Shown piece by piece: positions 39,000 through 48,791 of a stretch of 64,000 nt of DNA; position 1 is the first letter of the stretch, and every line of letters starts with the position of its first letter. The position numbers were made by a program, and so were the translations under genes. The stretch is from Candidatus Brockarchaeota archaeon (GTDB taxonomy: Archaea; Thermoproteota; EX4484-205; JAAOZP01): positions 6,990 through 70,989 of the forward strand of contig JAFNIQ010000002.1 in NCBI GenBank assembly GCA_017601395.1, written 5' to 3'. The notes below the pieces were generated by a model. The model saw only the letters and a list, made by a program, of their open reading frames with translations. It was not told the DNA's origin and ran no database searches.

Positions 39000-40547
39000 T
39001 CAGTATCTGCTTTCATGCCTATTCTGTGGGCTTATCTCAATGTTCATGTTTATTCTTTTCGCAAACCTGTTGAGCTTCTTATTGTACTTCTTGACAAGTA
39101 TGGGAACGTCCTCCTTATTTACATACAGGATCAAACTGTCCCCCTCAATCCTGATGTCGAAGTCTGAAATCTGGTTGCGCACTATCGCTTGCACTTCCTC
39201 CTTAAGCTTCTCCTCATATCCTGTCTTCTTCTTGCGAACCGGGACTATGAAGGTTTGTTCTCCGAAGACGTAGAGCTCGTACTCCGCCTCCCCCGTCAAG
39301 AAGTTTTTAACGACTATCGTCGGCCTAGCTAGGTCCGCGTTTCTCATCCCCTTAGGGATCTTCACAACTGTTTCAAGCGTGTATATTTTCGAAACCTCGC
39401 CCTCCTTCATAAATATGACTGTGTCTATGATGGAGGGTATGAGCCCAAGGTCAGTCCTCCCGGTGAAGCGTTGAATAGCATCCATGGGTGTTGTAGCATG
39501 TATGACGCCGACCATCCCTATGCCTGCAAGCCTAAGGTCTATGAAAATGCTGAAGTCATTAGTATCTCTAAGCTCATCGTATATCGTGTAGTCCGGTCTG
39601 CTTAACAGTAATACGTCGTGAAGCTCGCTGGGCTCGGCTGCTGTCTTAGAATACTGTGTCACGTCAGGAGGGAGTTGAAGGTCTCTCGGGCTTTCTATTG
39701 TTTTAACAACCTTGTTCATCGACCTGTAGAACTCTGCGAGGGCCTGGGCGAAAGTGGACTTCCCCATTCCAGGTGCTCCAGCTATGAGTATTCCTTCAGC
39801 CTGAGTCTCAAGCCTCTCGATAAGCTTGTCAGCTAAATTATACTCGTCAAGGCTTCTCTTAATGAGTGGCTTAACAGCGGTTATTTCAAGCCCGTCTGAG
39901 AAGGGTGGTCGAGTAATGACTATTCTAAGGTCTTTAAGCTGTATTATTGTCGAGCCAGACTTATCTATTTCCACAAAACCTTGGTTTGTAAACTGGACTC
40001 TCTCCATTATGTCAGCTATTATTGATTCAAGCTCAGACTTACTGATCGGTTTCTCTCCGACATCTCTGTAAACCCATCTGCCAGGAATCCCCTCCTTAGC
40101 CTTCGGGATAACGTTCTCCTTGAGATGTATAGACATTATGCCTGGTTTAAAGAACTCTTCAAGCTTAGCCTTTCCAACCGGGCTAAGGTAGATCGCCTCA
40201 ATCCCCATTGCTCTCGCAGTCTTAGCCAAAACCGGGTCGCATGAAACCAGAGTGCCGCCTGTGTTCATCGCTAGGTCTCTGAGAACTGTTGAAACCTCTT
40301 CCGGAGTATTGGAAGAGCCTATAAACTCGACCTCCAGCCCTTTCTCTGAGGCTGCATCCCTAAGGGATTTTAAGCCGTTTAACCCTGTTTCATCGCCGAA
40401 TCTAGCTTTTCTCTCGAATTCCGAGACAATGGCCTTATGCACTATTATCCTACCAGTCACCTCACCGTTTTCAACTGCTCTAGCAGCCACTCCGGTAAGT
40501 ATTGAAGCAGGGTCTAGAACATAGACTTTAACCGCATTATTACTCAT
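39000..40547 (-). CDS. PIN-domain PilT-family ATPase (archaeal COG1855 type) with a C-terminal KH-like region
   Basis: N-terminal PIN-like fold (VYVLDPASIL), Walker A GAPGMGKST and a Walker B/Asp box. 515 aa. Confidence 0.75.
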   Translation of the reverse strand: MSNNAVKVYVLDPASILTGVAARAVENGEVTGRIIVHKAIVSEFERKARFGDETGLNGLKSLRDAASEKGLEVEFIGSSNTPEEVSTVLRDLAMNTGGTLVSCDPVLAKTARAMGIEAIYLSPVGKAKLEEFFKPGIMSIHLKENVIPKAKEGIPGRWVYRDVGEKPISKSELESIIADIMERVQFTNQGFVEIDKSGSTIIQLKDLRIVITRPPFSDGLEITAVKPLIKRSLDEYNLADKLIERLETQAEGILIAGAPGMGKSTFAQALAEFYRSMNKVVKTIESPRDLQLPPDVTQYSKTAAEPSELHDVLLLSRPDYTIYDELRDTNDFSIFIDLRLAGIGMVGVIHATTPMDAIQRFTGRTDLGLIPSIIDTVIFMKEGEVSKIYTLETVVKIPKGMRNADLARPTIVVKNFLTGEAEYELYVFGEQTFIVPVRKKKTGYEEKLKEEVQAIVRNQISDFDIRIEGDSLILYVNKEDVPILVKKYNKKLNRFAKRINMNIEISPQNRHESRY

Positions 40548-40637
40548 AACTATCTCTTCTCGGCTTTCGAGAATCTTTCTTAAACGCGTTTATAAACTTT
40601 TCTAAGGTGGTTGGCTAAGAAAACACTGTCTCAAGCC

Positions 40638-41423
40638 TCAGCCACAGATCTCTCTAAGCTTCTGAATACAGGATAATGCCGCCAGATAGCTTGTCCTAGG
40701 GTTATCCGGGTGCGGAACATTCTCAACCAGTATCCTTAGATTGGAAACCTTGGATTCAACATCTATCTCGTGCATTATCTCTTTCCTAGTTGGATCTGCT
40801 ATTATTCTAACTAGAACCCCTGACTTAGAGTATAAGGCTAGTGCTGCCGCCACGTTCACGCTTTTTGGGAAATGCGTTAAAGCGTCTTCCACGGGCCCCT
40901 CGTAAACCAGCGTCGGCTCCCTAATTTTATCTAGTTCAATCCCCTTCTCCTTGAAATAGTTGGAATAGGCTAATGCTTCAGGAGGCTTCCTCGTGGTTAA
41001 AACCATCCTGTCCACGCCGACTAGGCTTATGGCTCGGATCGCATCCAGTCCAGCGATTGCTCCCGCCGGAACATGTATTCTGCGAGTGTTTTCCTCATAT
41101 ATTTTCCTTGTCTCAGGGAAAAGAAGCCCCCCTATGCTCATCACGAGAACCTCTTTCCCGGCTTCAACAATGGGCTTAAGGTATTTTAGAACAGCCTCGT
41201 CGCTTGCAGCCTCGACGATAACCTCGAGCCTCCTGTCTTTCAACATCTCCTCTATTCCTTCCAGAACCTTCGGCTTGCTCCTCAGCTTCTCAACCAGCTT
41301 CGACGCAGCCTCCTTACGAGAATCGTAGACGTAAACCAGTTTCGCGTTAACCTTTCCCTCGTCCACAGCCTTGGCTATGAGAGAGCCTATTGCACCACAC
41401 CCTATCAACCCTATCCTCCTCAT
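40638..41423 (-). CDS. nadX: L-aspartate dehydrogenase
   Basis: MRRIGLIGCGAIGSLIA N-terminal Rossmann motif. It is 261 aa and lies in an operon with nadC and nadA. Confidence 0.8.
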   Translation of the reverse strand: MRRIGLIGCGAIGSLIAKAVDEGKVNAKLVYVYDSRKEAASKLVEKLRSKPKVLEGIEEMLKDRRLEVIVEAASDEAVLKYLKPIVEAGKEVLVMSIGGLLFPETRKIYEENTRRIHVPAGAIAGLDAIRAISLVGVDRMVLTTRKPPEALAYSNYFKEKGIELDKIREPTLVYEGPVEDALTHFPKSVNVAAALALYSKSGVLVRIIADPTRKEIMHEIDVESKVSNLRILVENVPHPDNPRTSYLAALSCIQKLREICG

Positions 41424-42274
41424 TTCTCAACCCTCGTGACTTCGAGCGATATGTCTACTGCTTTCGCTGAATGCGTTAGCTCTCCTGAGCTTATTATATC
41501 CGGGCCGGCTTCCACATATTCTTCAAGATTTTCAAGCTTCACTCCGCCGGAGACCTCTACTAGAACCCTGCTTCTCAACCCTTTCTCTCTAAGCATTTCA
41601 ATCGTCCTCCTTACTTTTTCAGGGGTGCAATTGTCAAGCATGATTATGTCTGCACCCGCCTCAGCAGCTTCCACAGCGTCTTCAGCCTCAGCCACCTCGA
41701 TCTCTATCTTCTTGCTGAAGCTCGCCAGTTCCCTGGCCTTCTTAACAGCTTCACCAACCGAGTTGAAATACTTTAGATGGTTTTCCTTGATGAGAATCAT
41801 GTCTGACAGGTTCAGCCTATGGGTGTCCCCGCCCGCGGCTGCAATAGCCTTCTTCTCGAAATACTGGAAGCCGGGTTTAACCTTCCTGGTTGCAGCTATC
41901 TTCAGGTTCGGGTTTATTCTTCTCGCCTTCTCAACAAAGGCCTTGGTTAGCGTTGCCACTCCAAAGGCTTGGGAGAGAATGTTCAGCAATAGTCTTTCGA
42001 TCTCCATGAGCCTACGCATATTGCCTTTAATCCACATTACTTGATCCCATTTTCCGAATTCCTCGCCGCTCTTCTTTAAAACCCTAACCGTGAAGCCCAT
42101 CTTCTCAAGTATCATAGCGAGATCCTCACAGCAGGCTGCAACACCCTCCTCCTTAGCTATTACAACCGCTTCGCACGTTACTTGCGGAGGTATTATCTCG
42201 GAGGTCACGTCCCAATAGGGAATATCCTCGGAGAGCCATTCGATAAATTTTCTGAAAACTACTTCCTCGACCAA
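41420..42274 (-). CDS. nadC: nicotinate-nucleotide pyrophosphorylase (carboxylating) / quinolinate phosphoribosyltransferase
   Basis: Typical QPRTase sequence (DVTS..., ATRKV.PG, IMLDN). It overlaps nadX by 4 nt. Confidence 0.9.
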   Translation of the reverse strand: MVEEVVFRKFIEWLSEDIPYWDVTSEIIPPQVTCEAVVIAKEEGVAACCEDLAMILEKMGFTVRVLKKSGEEFGKWDQVMWIKGNMRRLMEIERLLLNILSQAFGVATLTKAFVEKARRINPNLKIAATRKVKPGFQYFEKKAIAAAGGDTHRLNLSDMILIKENHLKYFNSVGEAVKKARELASFSKKIEIEVAEAEDAVEAAEAGADIIMLDNCTPEKVRRTIEMLREKGLRSRVLVEVSGGVKLENLEEYVEAGPDIISSGELTHSAKAVDISLEVTRVEK

Positions 42275-43194
42275 GGTGTTTCAACCCCCAGAAGAGTAAA
42301 ACTTCTTTCAAGAACTCTCCTAGCCTTTTCAGCAAGCTTCTCATCGACCTTTACAAGAGTCTCGCCGCTAACGAGGCTCCTGTATACTTTTTCAAGCGTT
42401 ATCTTCTTCATGTTGGGGCATATCGTGTCTTTACTGACAGGATAAGCCTCCTTACCGGAATAAAGCTTTGAGATTCTGTGAATCACCCCGTTCTCAGTGC
42501 CTATTATAAAACGCTTTGCATCAATCTCTCCCACCGCTCTTATTATTTGGCTAGTGCTGCCCACGAAATCCGCCAGCCTCCTTGTTTCAGGCGGGCACTC
42601 CGGATGCACAAGTATCTTCGCATCCGGCATCCTTTCCTTAATGGATAATATTTTATCCGGTGTGATCCCTATGTGAACCGGGCAGTAGCTGTTAAGTGGA
42701 ACAGCAATAACCTCCTTCCGCGTGGTTTCAGCAACATAGGACGCTAGATTCCGATCTGGTCCGAAAAGGATTTTCCCCGCGTCAAGCTTCGAAACCAGCT
42801 TAGAGGCACTGCTGCTGGTAACCACGTAGTCAGCCATAGACTTTACTTCGACGAATGAATTCACGTAAACTACTAGTGGTGCATCCGGGTTTCTCCTACG
42901 GTATTCTTCAACCACTGTGGGGTCAAGCTGCCAAGCCATCGGGCAGATGGAGCTTGGCTCAGGCGTTAACACTGTCTTACTAGGGTTCAGCACAGCCGCC
43001 TGCTCAACCATGAAATCTACGCCTGCGAAAACGATGGTTTTCGCATCGGTCTCCATGGCTTTGACCGAAAGTTCCAGGCTGTCGCCGACGAAATCAGCGA
43101 CATCCTGCACCTCAGGCCTCTGATAATTATGGGCTAATACTACGGCCCCAATGTCTCTCGCCCTTTCCCGTATTTTACGGCTAAGGTTTTCCAT
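42259..43194 (-). CDS. nadA: quinolinate synthase
   Basis: AHNYQ start motif, conserved Cys ligands (ICPMA, YCPVH, ICPNM). It overlaps nadC by 16 nt. Confidence 0.9.
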   Translation of the reverse strand: MENLSRKIRERARDIGAVVLAHNYQRPEVQDVADFVGDSLELSVKAMETDAKTIVFAGVDFMVEQAAVLNPSKTVLTPEPSSICPMAWQLDPTVVEEYRRRNPDAPLVVYVNSFVEVKSMADYVVTSSSASKLVSKLDAGKILFGPDRNLASYVAETTRKEVIAVPLNSYCPVHIGITPDKILSIKERMPDAKILVHPECPPETRRLADFVGSTSQIIRAVGEIDAKRFIIGTENGVIHRISKLYSGKEAYPVSKDTICPNMKKITLEKVYRSLVSGETLVKVDEKLAEKARRVLERSFTLLGVETPWSRK

Positions 43195-43214
43195 CAGCTT
43201 CTCTTGAAGCCTAA

Positions 43215-43291
43215 AACCCTCTTATTTAAGGGGTTCTATTAAGGCAATAATTGCATAGATGCTTCATTAAGAGGCAAAATAGAGTTGCAAC
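43215..43291. promoter_or_regulatory. divergent nadA / nadK-like intergenic region with three short palindromes, which are candidate operator sites
   Basis: AACCCTCTTATTTAAGGGGTT (imperfect inverted repeat, 43215-43235), GCAATAATTGC (43244-43254) and GTTGCAAC (43284-43291). All were seen directly in the 152-nt divergent spacer. Confidence 0.35.
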
Positions 43292-43346
43292 GTTTTTAAA
43301 CCGCTGAAAGCAATAAATAGCCCTTCCAATAAACTACTAAAGCCAG

Positions 43347-44345
43347 TTGAACATAGTGTTAGCTCCAGCGGGGTTCGACCGTGGTCTCCTTAGGGAGTGC
43401 TTGAGAACAGTTAATCGCGTCGGGGTGGAGGTTACGCGCGTCAAGCGTCTCGAAGAGCTTGAGAAGCTTAACGAGGGTCTTCTCCTCATCTTGGGTGAGG
43501 ATAAGGATGTTCTGAAAGCGTTACATCACGTGAAATCTAGGGATGTGCTCATCCTGGGGGTTAGCAAGACTGAGAATAATAGTTTCCTGATGGAGACAAC
43601 GCTTGAGAGGCTCGGCGACGCTTTAAGAGCTTTTCTAAGAAGAGAGTATAGCGTGGAGTATTCTTCAAGGCTTAAGGCTGTTGTGGATGATTCTGAAACA
43701 CCGTGTGCGCTAAACGAGCTGGCAATCTTCCCAAGGAAAAGTGCCACAATACTTGAATACAGCCTTTACGTTGACGGCGAGTTCGTCTGGAGGGATATAG
43801 GCGACGGCCTGATAGTTTCCACACCCATAGGTTCAACGGCGTATGCTCTTTCGACAGGAGGACCAATAATACATCCGCAAGCCAAGGTGGTAGGCATAGT
43901 CCCGGTTAACTCTTTAAACCTTACTAGAAGACCCTTGGTAACCCCTATTGAAAGCCTCATAGAAATCCGAGACATAGTCAGCAATTCGGCTTGCGAAGTC
44001 ATCGTGGATGGGGGGTATAGAATGAGGATAACTGACAGGGTCGTCGTTAAGAAGGGTGAAGACGCTGGCTTCGTAAGGCTCAGCGAAGCGCTTCTCGCAA
44101 GAAGGCTCGAGAAGAAGGCTAGGATGTCTCTCGACATAAGCAGTCTGCCTCCTAGTGCTAAACTAATTTTGAAGGTTCTCGAATACGAGGGGGCTTTAAC
44201 CCAGAAAGACATTGTTAAGAAGACGATGCTCCCCGCGAGGACTGTGCGACACGCTCTCGCAATACTTGTCGGAAACAACTTCGTCAAGAAAAGGCCTTTA
44301 ATAAGGGATCCGAGGCAGGATCTCTACTATATTGAGTCCAAATGA
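43347..44345 (+). CDS. NAD kinase-like protein with a degenerate GGDG motif and a C-terminal winged-helix DNA-binding domain
   Basis: Conserved NAD kinase C-half (NELAIF, DGLIVSTPIGSTAYALSTGGPI). The N-half LLILGEDKDVLKAL replaces the catalytic GGDG(T). A C-terminal extension of about 80 aa (LILKVLEYEGALTQKDIVKKTMLPARTVRHALAILVGNNFVKKRP) is a wHTH. Confidence 0.7.
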   Translation: MNIVLAPAGFDRGLLRECLRTVNRVGVEVTRVKRLEELEKLNEGLLLILGEDKDVLKALHHVKSRDVLILGVSKTENNSFLMETTLERLGDALRAFLRREYSVEYSSRLKAVVDDSETPCALNELAIFPRKSATILEYSLYVDGEFVWRDIGDGLIVSTPIGSTAYALSTGGPIIHPQAKVVGIVPVNSLNLTRRPLVTPIESLIEIRDIVSNSACEVIVDGGYRMRITDRVVVKKGEDAGFVRLSEALLARRLEKKARMSLDISSLPPSAKLILKVLEYEGALTQKDIVKKTMLPARTVRHALAILVGNNFVKKRPLIRDPRQDLYYIESK

Positions 44346-44373
44346 TTAGCATACGCTAAGTTTTTTTAACAGC

Positions 44374-45513
44374 ATGTTTTTAGAAAGGCCTATGGGAAGC
44401 GAGATAAGGGTTACTGACTCGGCAAGATCCCATAGAGTTGAGCTTCTTCTGGATGAACTGGGAGGGTCGCCGGTTAGCTGGCTCATCATCAATGATCTTG
44501 AAGTAAAAGTTGGGAAAACCTTCCTGAAAATGGGCGGAGTAGGTGGAGTTGGAACGCTCGAGGAACACAGGATGAAAGGATATTCTAGAAAGGTTATGGA
44601 GTTTTCAATCGAATACATGGTTAAAAACGAATATGATGTTTCAATGTTGTTCGGCATACCTGACTACTATATTAGATGGGGTTATGCTTCAACGCTTCCC
44701 AATTGCAAGATAACCATGCCTTTAAGAAATGCTGAGAGGGCTAGGCCTGGGCTTAAAGCCCGCCCGATGGAGAAGGACGATGCTGAAGCTATCTTGAAAA
44801 TTTACGAGTTGGCTAACGAGCATAGGACGGGCCCCCTTAAAAGATATAGGGGTGAATGGTTCAGATTTAGAAAGGGAAGCTGGTGGGGAGTACCTGCTGA
44901 CGGAACAGTCTTCGAAGATGAGTCTGGAAGGATAGTTGCATACTGTGCTTCTGACCGTTGGCCGAGGGTAATGAGGATAACTGAGGTGGGTGCTGTAGAC
45001 GCTGCCCTGTATGAGCATGTGCTCCGCTACGCGTGCGACACTGCTTTCCAGAAGAAGGCTAGTGAGCTTGAAATATACGTCCCGTTTGACCATCCTTTCG
45101 CCGAGCTTTGTAAAAGCCTCGGCTGCACGATTAGCATTGACTATCCATATGCTTCAGACGGCATGGGGAGAATCATTAATCTCAAGTCGACCTTCGAGAA
45201 GCTTGTTTCAGTATTTGAGGACCGTTTGGAAAAAGCATGTGTGAAAGATCTGGCTTCGCAAATATCTTTTAAAACCGACATAGGCATTGCTACTCTCGAA
45301 GTTTCCGAATCCGGGGTGTCTCTTTCAGAAACCGTGTCGGCGAACTGGGTTGAGCTCCCGCAATGGGTGTTGATGCAACTCATTCTTGGATATAGGGATC
45401 CGAAGAACGTCTTAGTCGACCAAGCCGTGAAACATAAGGGGAAGGTTGAGAAAACTTTAGAAACATTGTTTCCACCAGGAAATCCCCATATATGGCACTC
45501 AGACTGGTTTTAG
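44374..45513 (+). CDS. GNAT family N-acetyltransferase, Eis-like with a C-terminal SCP2-like region
   Basis: GNAT motif A (GGVGGVGTLEEHRMKGYSRKVM) and a total length of 379 aa, as in Eis-like GNAT-SCP proteins. Confidence 0.55.
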   Translation: MFLERPMGSEIRVTDSARSHRVELLLDELGGSPVSWLIINDLEVKVGKTFLKMGGVGGVGTLEEHRMKGYSRKVMEFSIEYMVKNEYDVSMLFGIPDYYIRWGYASTLPNCKITMPLRNAERARPGLKARPMEKDDAEAILKIYELANEHRTGPLKRYRGEWFRFRKGSWWGVPADGTVFEDESGRIVAYCASDRWPRVMRITEVGAVDAALYEHVLRYACDTAFQKKASELEIYVPFDHPFAELCKSLGCTISIDYPYASDGMGRIINLKSTFEKLVSVFEDRLEKACVKDLASQISFKTDIGIATLEVSESGVSLSETVSANWVELPQWVLMQLILGYRDPKNVLVDQAVKHKGKVEKTLETLFPPGNPHIWHSDWF

Positions 45514-45539
45514 CATATTGCTTTCTATGCTGGCATTCA

Positions 45540-46340
45540 CTACTGCCCGTAGGCCTTCCTGTAGAAATCGTCGAGTATCGCTGGAACCCTCTCATCCTGT
45601 TTAACCCTTCTTATAGCATCTGCCACGTAATCAACAAGCTTTTCAACCATGATTCTGCCCTTCTCCTTAGTTGCCAGCCTAGGGTCACCGAGATAAAGCT
45701 GGACCGCGTAGGCCTGCCAGTCGACAGGCGTCTCTACTCCAGGCAGATTCGTACCCCCTATCTTCGCCTCATGTTTAACATCCTCCATCTTAATCAGGTT
45801 TTCAAACAAGTATAGCCCCATGCTGGTTTCACGCTCGCAAGCATGCCCTGTTATCTTGCTCTCGCATATTTTCTCAGCAATCTCTTCTATTGATGACCAG
45901 GGCTCAATTAACGCGTAAATAGTATAATCCTTCTTCTTATGCAGGCTTTCCCTCAGGAAAACCCTTAGAAGATTATTGTTTCCTCCATGACCGTTTACAA
46001 TAAGGATTTTTTTAAAACCGTTTCTCGCAACCTCGTCGCATATTTCCTCAAGAATAGTAAGGATTGTCCTAGCGCTTAGCGATATGGTTCCAGGAAAATG
46101 CCGGTTCTCCGGCACATAAACATAGTATAGCGTAGGCAAAACTACTGCAGGCTCCTTTTCAGCGGCCATTCTAGTTATCTCGCGAATAGTTATGGAGTCT
46201 GTTCCAGTCGGCATGTGGGGTCCATGTATCTCGACCGAGCCTACTGGGAGAATCGCGACGAGTTTCTTCTCAGCCACTTCCTTTATATCGGGGCTTGTTA
46301 AATATTCCCAGAGCATTCCTAAACTTTTAAGCAGTTGCAA
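45540..46340 (-). CDS. creatininase family protein (ArfB-like amidohydrolase)
   Basis: LPVGSVEIHGPHMPTGTD and ILIVNGHGGN, which are the creatininase-fold metal-binding motifs. Confidence 0.75.
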   Translation of the reverse strand: MQLLKSLGMLWEYLTSPDIKEVAEKKLVAILPVGSVEIHGPHMPTGTDSITIREITRMAAEKEPAVVLPTLYYVYVPENRHFPGTISLSARTILTILEEICDEVARNGFKKILIVNGHGGNNNLLRVFLRESLHKKKDYTIYALIEPWSSIEEIAEKICESKITGHACERETSMGLYLFENLIKMEDVKHEAKIGGTNLPGVETPVDWQAYAVQLYLGDPRLATKEKGRIMVEKLVDYVADAIRRVKQDERVPAILDDFYRKAYGQ

Positions 46341-46834
46341 AGCTTATAACTTTTTCTGCGAGAGCCATTAAATACGCTTACCTTTTTGAGACTTACAAAG
46401 ATTATATGACATTTTAGATATATTCAGACGAGGTTGATACTAATCTTCTAAATTGCTCTATGCGGTTAGCTTGTTTAAACGAATCTTTCTAAGGATCAGT
46501 ATCCGGATTTAAATATGGGGTTTCAGAGTCCATTGGAAAACCAGTGCGCGCGAACTCCGGAGGAAGAGGATAGACTCTAAAAGATGCTACCGGCTCCATC
46601 CGTACATACGGCATGTTAAAGAATAAGTTGCTGAAAAGTTGTCACAGGTTCTAAAAGGTTTCTGCCTGCCTTATAGTGGAAGTAGCCTAAGAAAAGCACT
46701 CAGTATACGTTTTCCATAAAGCACTGTACCGGCAGGGTGGGCCCGAGGGAGACGAGAATCCAGTTGGCTTTAGTCATAGGAATGCCAGATTCTAACTAAA
46801 AGTTTATCACCAGTAGAGTGGATGTTCAAAAGGG

Positions 46835-48007
46835 TTGGATAATATCGTTGTAGGGACATCGGGCTGGAGCTATAAGGATTGGCTAAACGTGTTCTACACA
46901 AGTAGTGAGAAAATGTTCAAGCAGTATGCGGATGTTTTCAAGACGGTTGAAGTGGATTCAACCTTCTATAAACAGCCTAACCTGGGATTCATCCGTACTA
47001 TTGCCAGGTCTTCGCCGAAAGGCTTCGTATTCTCCCTTAAGGTTCCTAAAACAGTGACTCACGTTAAACTAATGGATCTGGAGAAGGGTGCTCTGAGGGA
47101 TTTAAAGCTCTTCCTGAGTGCGCTGGCTCCTCTCAAGGAAGACGGGAAGCTTGGGCCACTGCTTTTCCAGCTTCCACCCAAGCCTGCTGCAGCCTTCAAA
47201 GGCTTTAAAGAGTTCTTGGAAAGCCTTCCTGAAGGTTACGATTTTACTGTCGAGTTCAGGCATCCGACTTGGCTGATGGATGAGTCTTTCAGAATTCTGT
47301 CGGAGAACAATGTGGGTTACTGTATTGTCGACGAGCCTCTTCTGCCTGCATTGTTGAAGGTTACAGGAGATTTTTCATACGTAAGGTTTCACGGCAGGGG
47401 GAACAGGCCTTGGTACTATTACGATTACAGGATTGAGGAGCTTGAGGAGTGGAAGGGAAAGCTGGAGGAGCTCTCGTCCAAGGCTAAGAAGGTTTACGTC
47501 TATTTCAATAATCACTTCAGAGGGTATGCGGTTAAGAACGCGCTTCAAATGATGAGAATCGTCGGAGTCATGGAAAAGCCTCAGGAGGAGGCTTTGAACA
47601 GGGTTCTAAACTACTTTGAAGAGCAGGGTTTAAGGAGGACTGTTAGCAAGGTTGAGGCAGCGCTTTCTTCAGGTGAAAAAGGCATTGAGAAACTGGTCTC
47701 AGCCTTCCTTGAGGGGGGTAGGCTGGAGAGGGCGAGGGAACTAGTTGGGAAAGTGGTTGTTGAGGAGGCTGGAGAGGAGAAGGTTAAAGCTAAGGTTAAG
47801 GAATACGCTGTCATCATAAATATTCCTGACAGGAGGCTGAAGCATGACTGTGAGGACTGGGTTAAAAGAATTGGTCAAAAACAGTTCTGCAAGCATGTTG
47901 CCGCGCTTTTTCTCGCCATGAGACCGGAGGAGTCTATGCGGATCCTTACATTGATTTGTAAAAACCTTGATAGCTGGGTCTTCGAAGCCGAAGCCAGGAA
48001 GGCTTAA
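46835..48007 (+). CDS. DUF72 domain protein with a C-terminal SWIM-like zinc-finger extension
   Basis: DUF72 hallmark VGTSGWSYKDW..FY at the N-terminus. The C-terminal HDCEDWVKRIGQKQFCKHVAALFLA fits SWIM CxCx(n)CxH, with His at the first ligand position. Confidence 0.7.
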   Translation: MDNIVVGTSGWSYKDWLNVFYTSSEKMFKQYADVFKTVEVDSTFYKQPNLGFIRTIARSSPKGFVFSLKVPKTVTHVKLMDLEKGALRDLKLFLSALAPLKEDGKLGPLLFQLPPKPAAAFKGFKEFLESLPEGYDFTVEFRHPTWLMDESFRILSENNVGYCIVDEPLLPALLKVTGDFSYVRFHGRGNRPWYYYDYRIEELEEWKGKLEELSSKAKKVYVYFNNHFRGYAVKNALQMMRIVGVMEKPQEEALNRVLNYFEEQGLRRTVSKVEAALSSGEKGIEKLVSAFLEGGRLERARELVGKVVVEEAGEEKVKAKVKEYAVIINIPDRRLKHDCEDWVKRIGQKQFCKHVAALFLAMRPEESMRILTLICKNLDSWVFEAEARKA

Positions 48008-48137
48008 AAACTTCTAGTTTTCCAAATCCCGTTTGCTACTTTCCTTAATCGAATTCTGGAATTCTGTTGTTATAAGGAGTCTTGATCATAGTAAACCATA
48101 TTAAGATGTCTCATGAAATCTTCTTAGGTGTTTAAAG

Positions 48138-48653
48138 ATGGATGTGATGGAGGCGATTAAAACTAGGCGGAGCATTAGAAAGTATAAGTCGACTCCAGTG
48201 GAGGACGAGAAGATAATAGAGTGTCTTGAAGCAGCCAGATGGGCTCCCTCAGCTAACAATTCTCAGCCATGGGAGTTCCTAGTGGTGAAGAACCCTGAGA
48301 CTAGGAGGAAGCTTGCGGAGATACATAGGTACGGGAGGTTCATGGCTGACAGTCCCGTCGTAGTGGTTTTCATAGCTGACCCTGGGAGGAGCAGCAACTG
48401 GTATCACGGGGATGTTGCGGTTTCCGTGCAAAACTTTCTTCTCGCTGCCCACTCTATGGGGCTAGGAACATGCTGGATGGGCGTTTTGAACACTCCCTTT
48501 GAAGAACCTATAAGGAAGCTGCTAGGAATACCTGACGGTCTTAGAGTTCTATGTACTGTTTCAGTCGGCTATCCTGATGAGAAACCCGGTAGAAACAGGA
48601 GACCGCTTGAAGAAATAACGCATTGGGAAAAATATGGGTTAAAATCAAAATAG
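48138..48653 (+). CDS. nitroreductase family protein
   Basis: RRSIRKY, APSANNSQPWEF, and a C-terminal VSVGYPDEKP. Confidence 0.85.
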   Translation: MDVMEAIKTRRSIRKYKSTPVEDEKIIECLEAARWAPSANNSQPWEFLVVKNPETRRKLAEIHRYGRFMADSPVVVVFIADPGRSSNWYHGDVAVSVQNFLLAAHSMGLGTCWMGVLNTPFEEPIRKLLGIPDGLRVLCTVSVGYPDEKPGRNRRPLEEITHWEKYGLKSK

Positions 48654-48791
48654 CCGAGTACTAATTGAACTATATGTTTTTCTAAATCGGCTTCCACACT
48701 GCTTCTATAGATCGCTATGCATGGCTTTATGAGATTTGGCATATTGGCCACTTGATAAGTTTATTAATATCCCTGTTATTGTAGGATCAAA

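Noticed and set aside
38537-39073. 178-aa R-rich ORF, and the 107-aa P-rich ORF on the minus strand at 38534..38857
   Set aside because: These are compositional artefacts of a GC-rich Gly-codon repeat. The Gly-rich TM protein frame is the only protein-like one.
46341-46834. Possible ncRNA or tRNA in the 490-nt divergent spacer between the creatininase and DUF72 genes
   Set aside because: No convincing conserved RNA motifs or stable extended structure were found by eye. It is most simply two divergent promoters.
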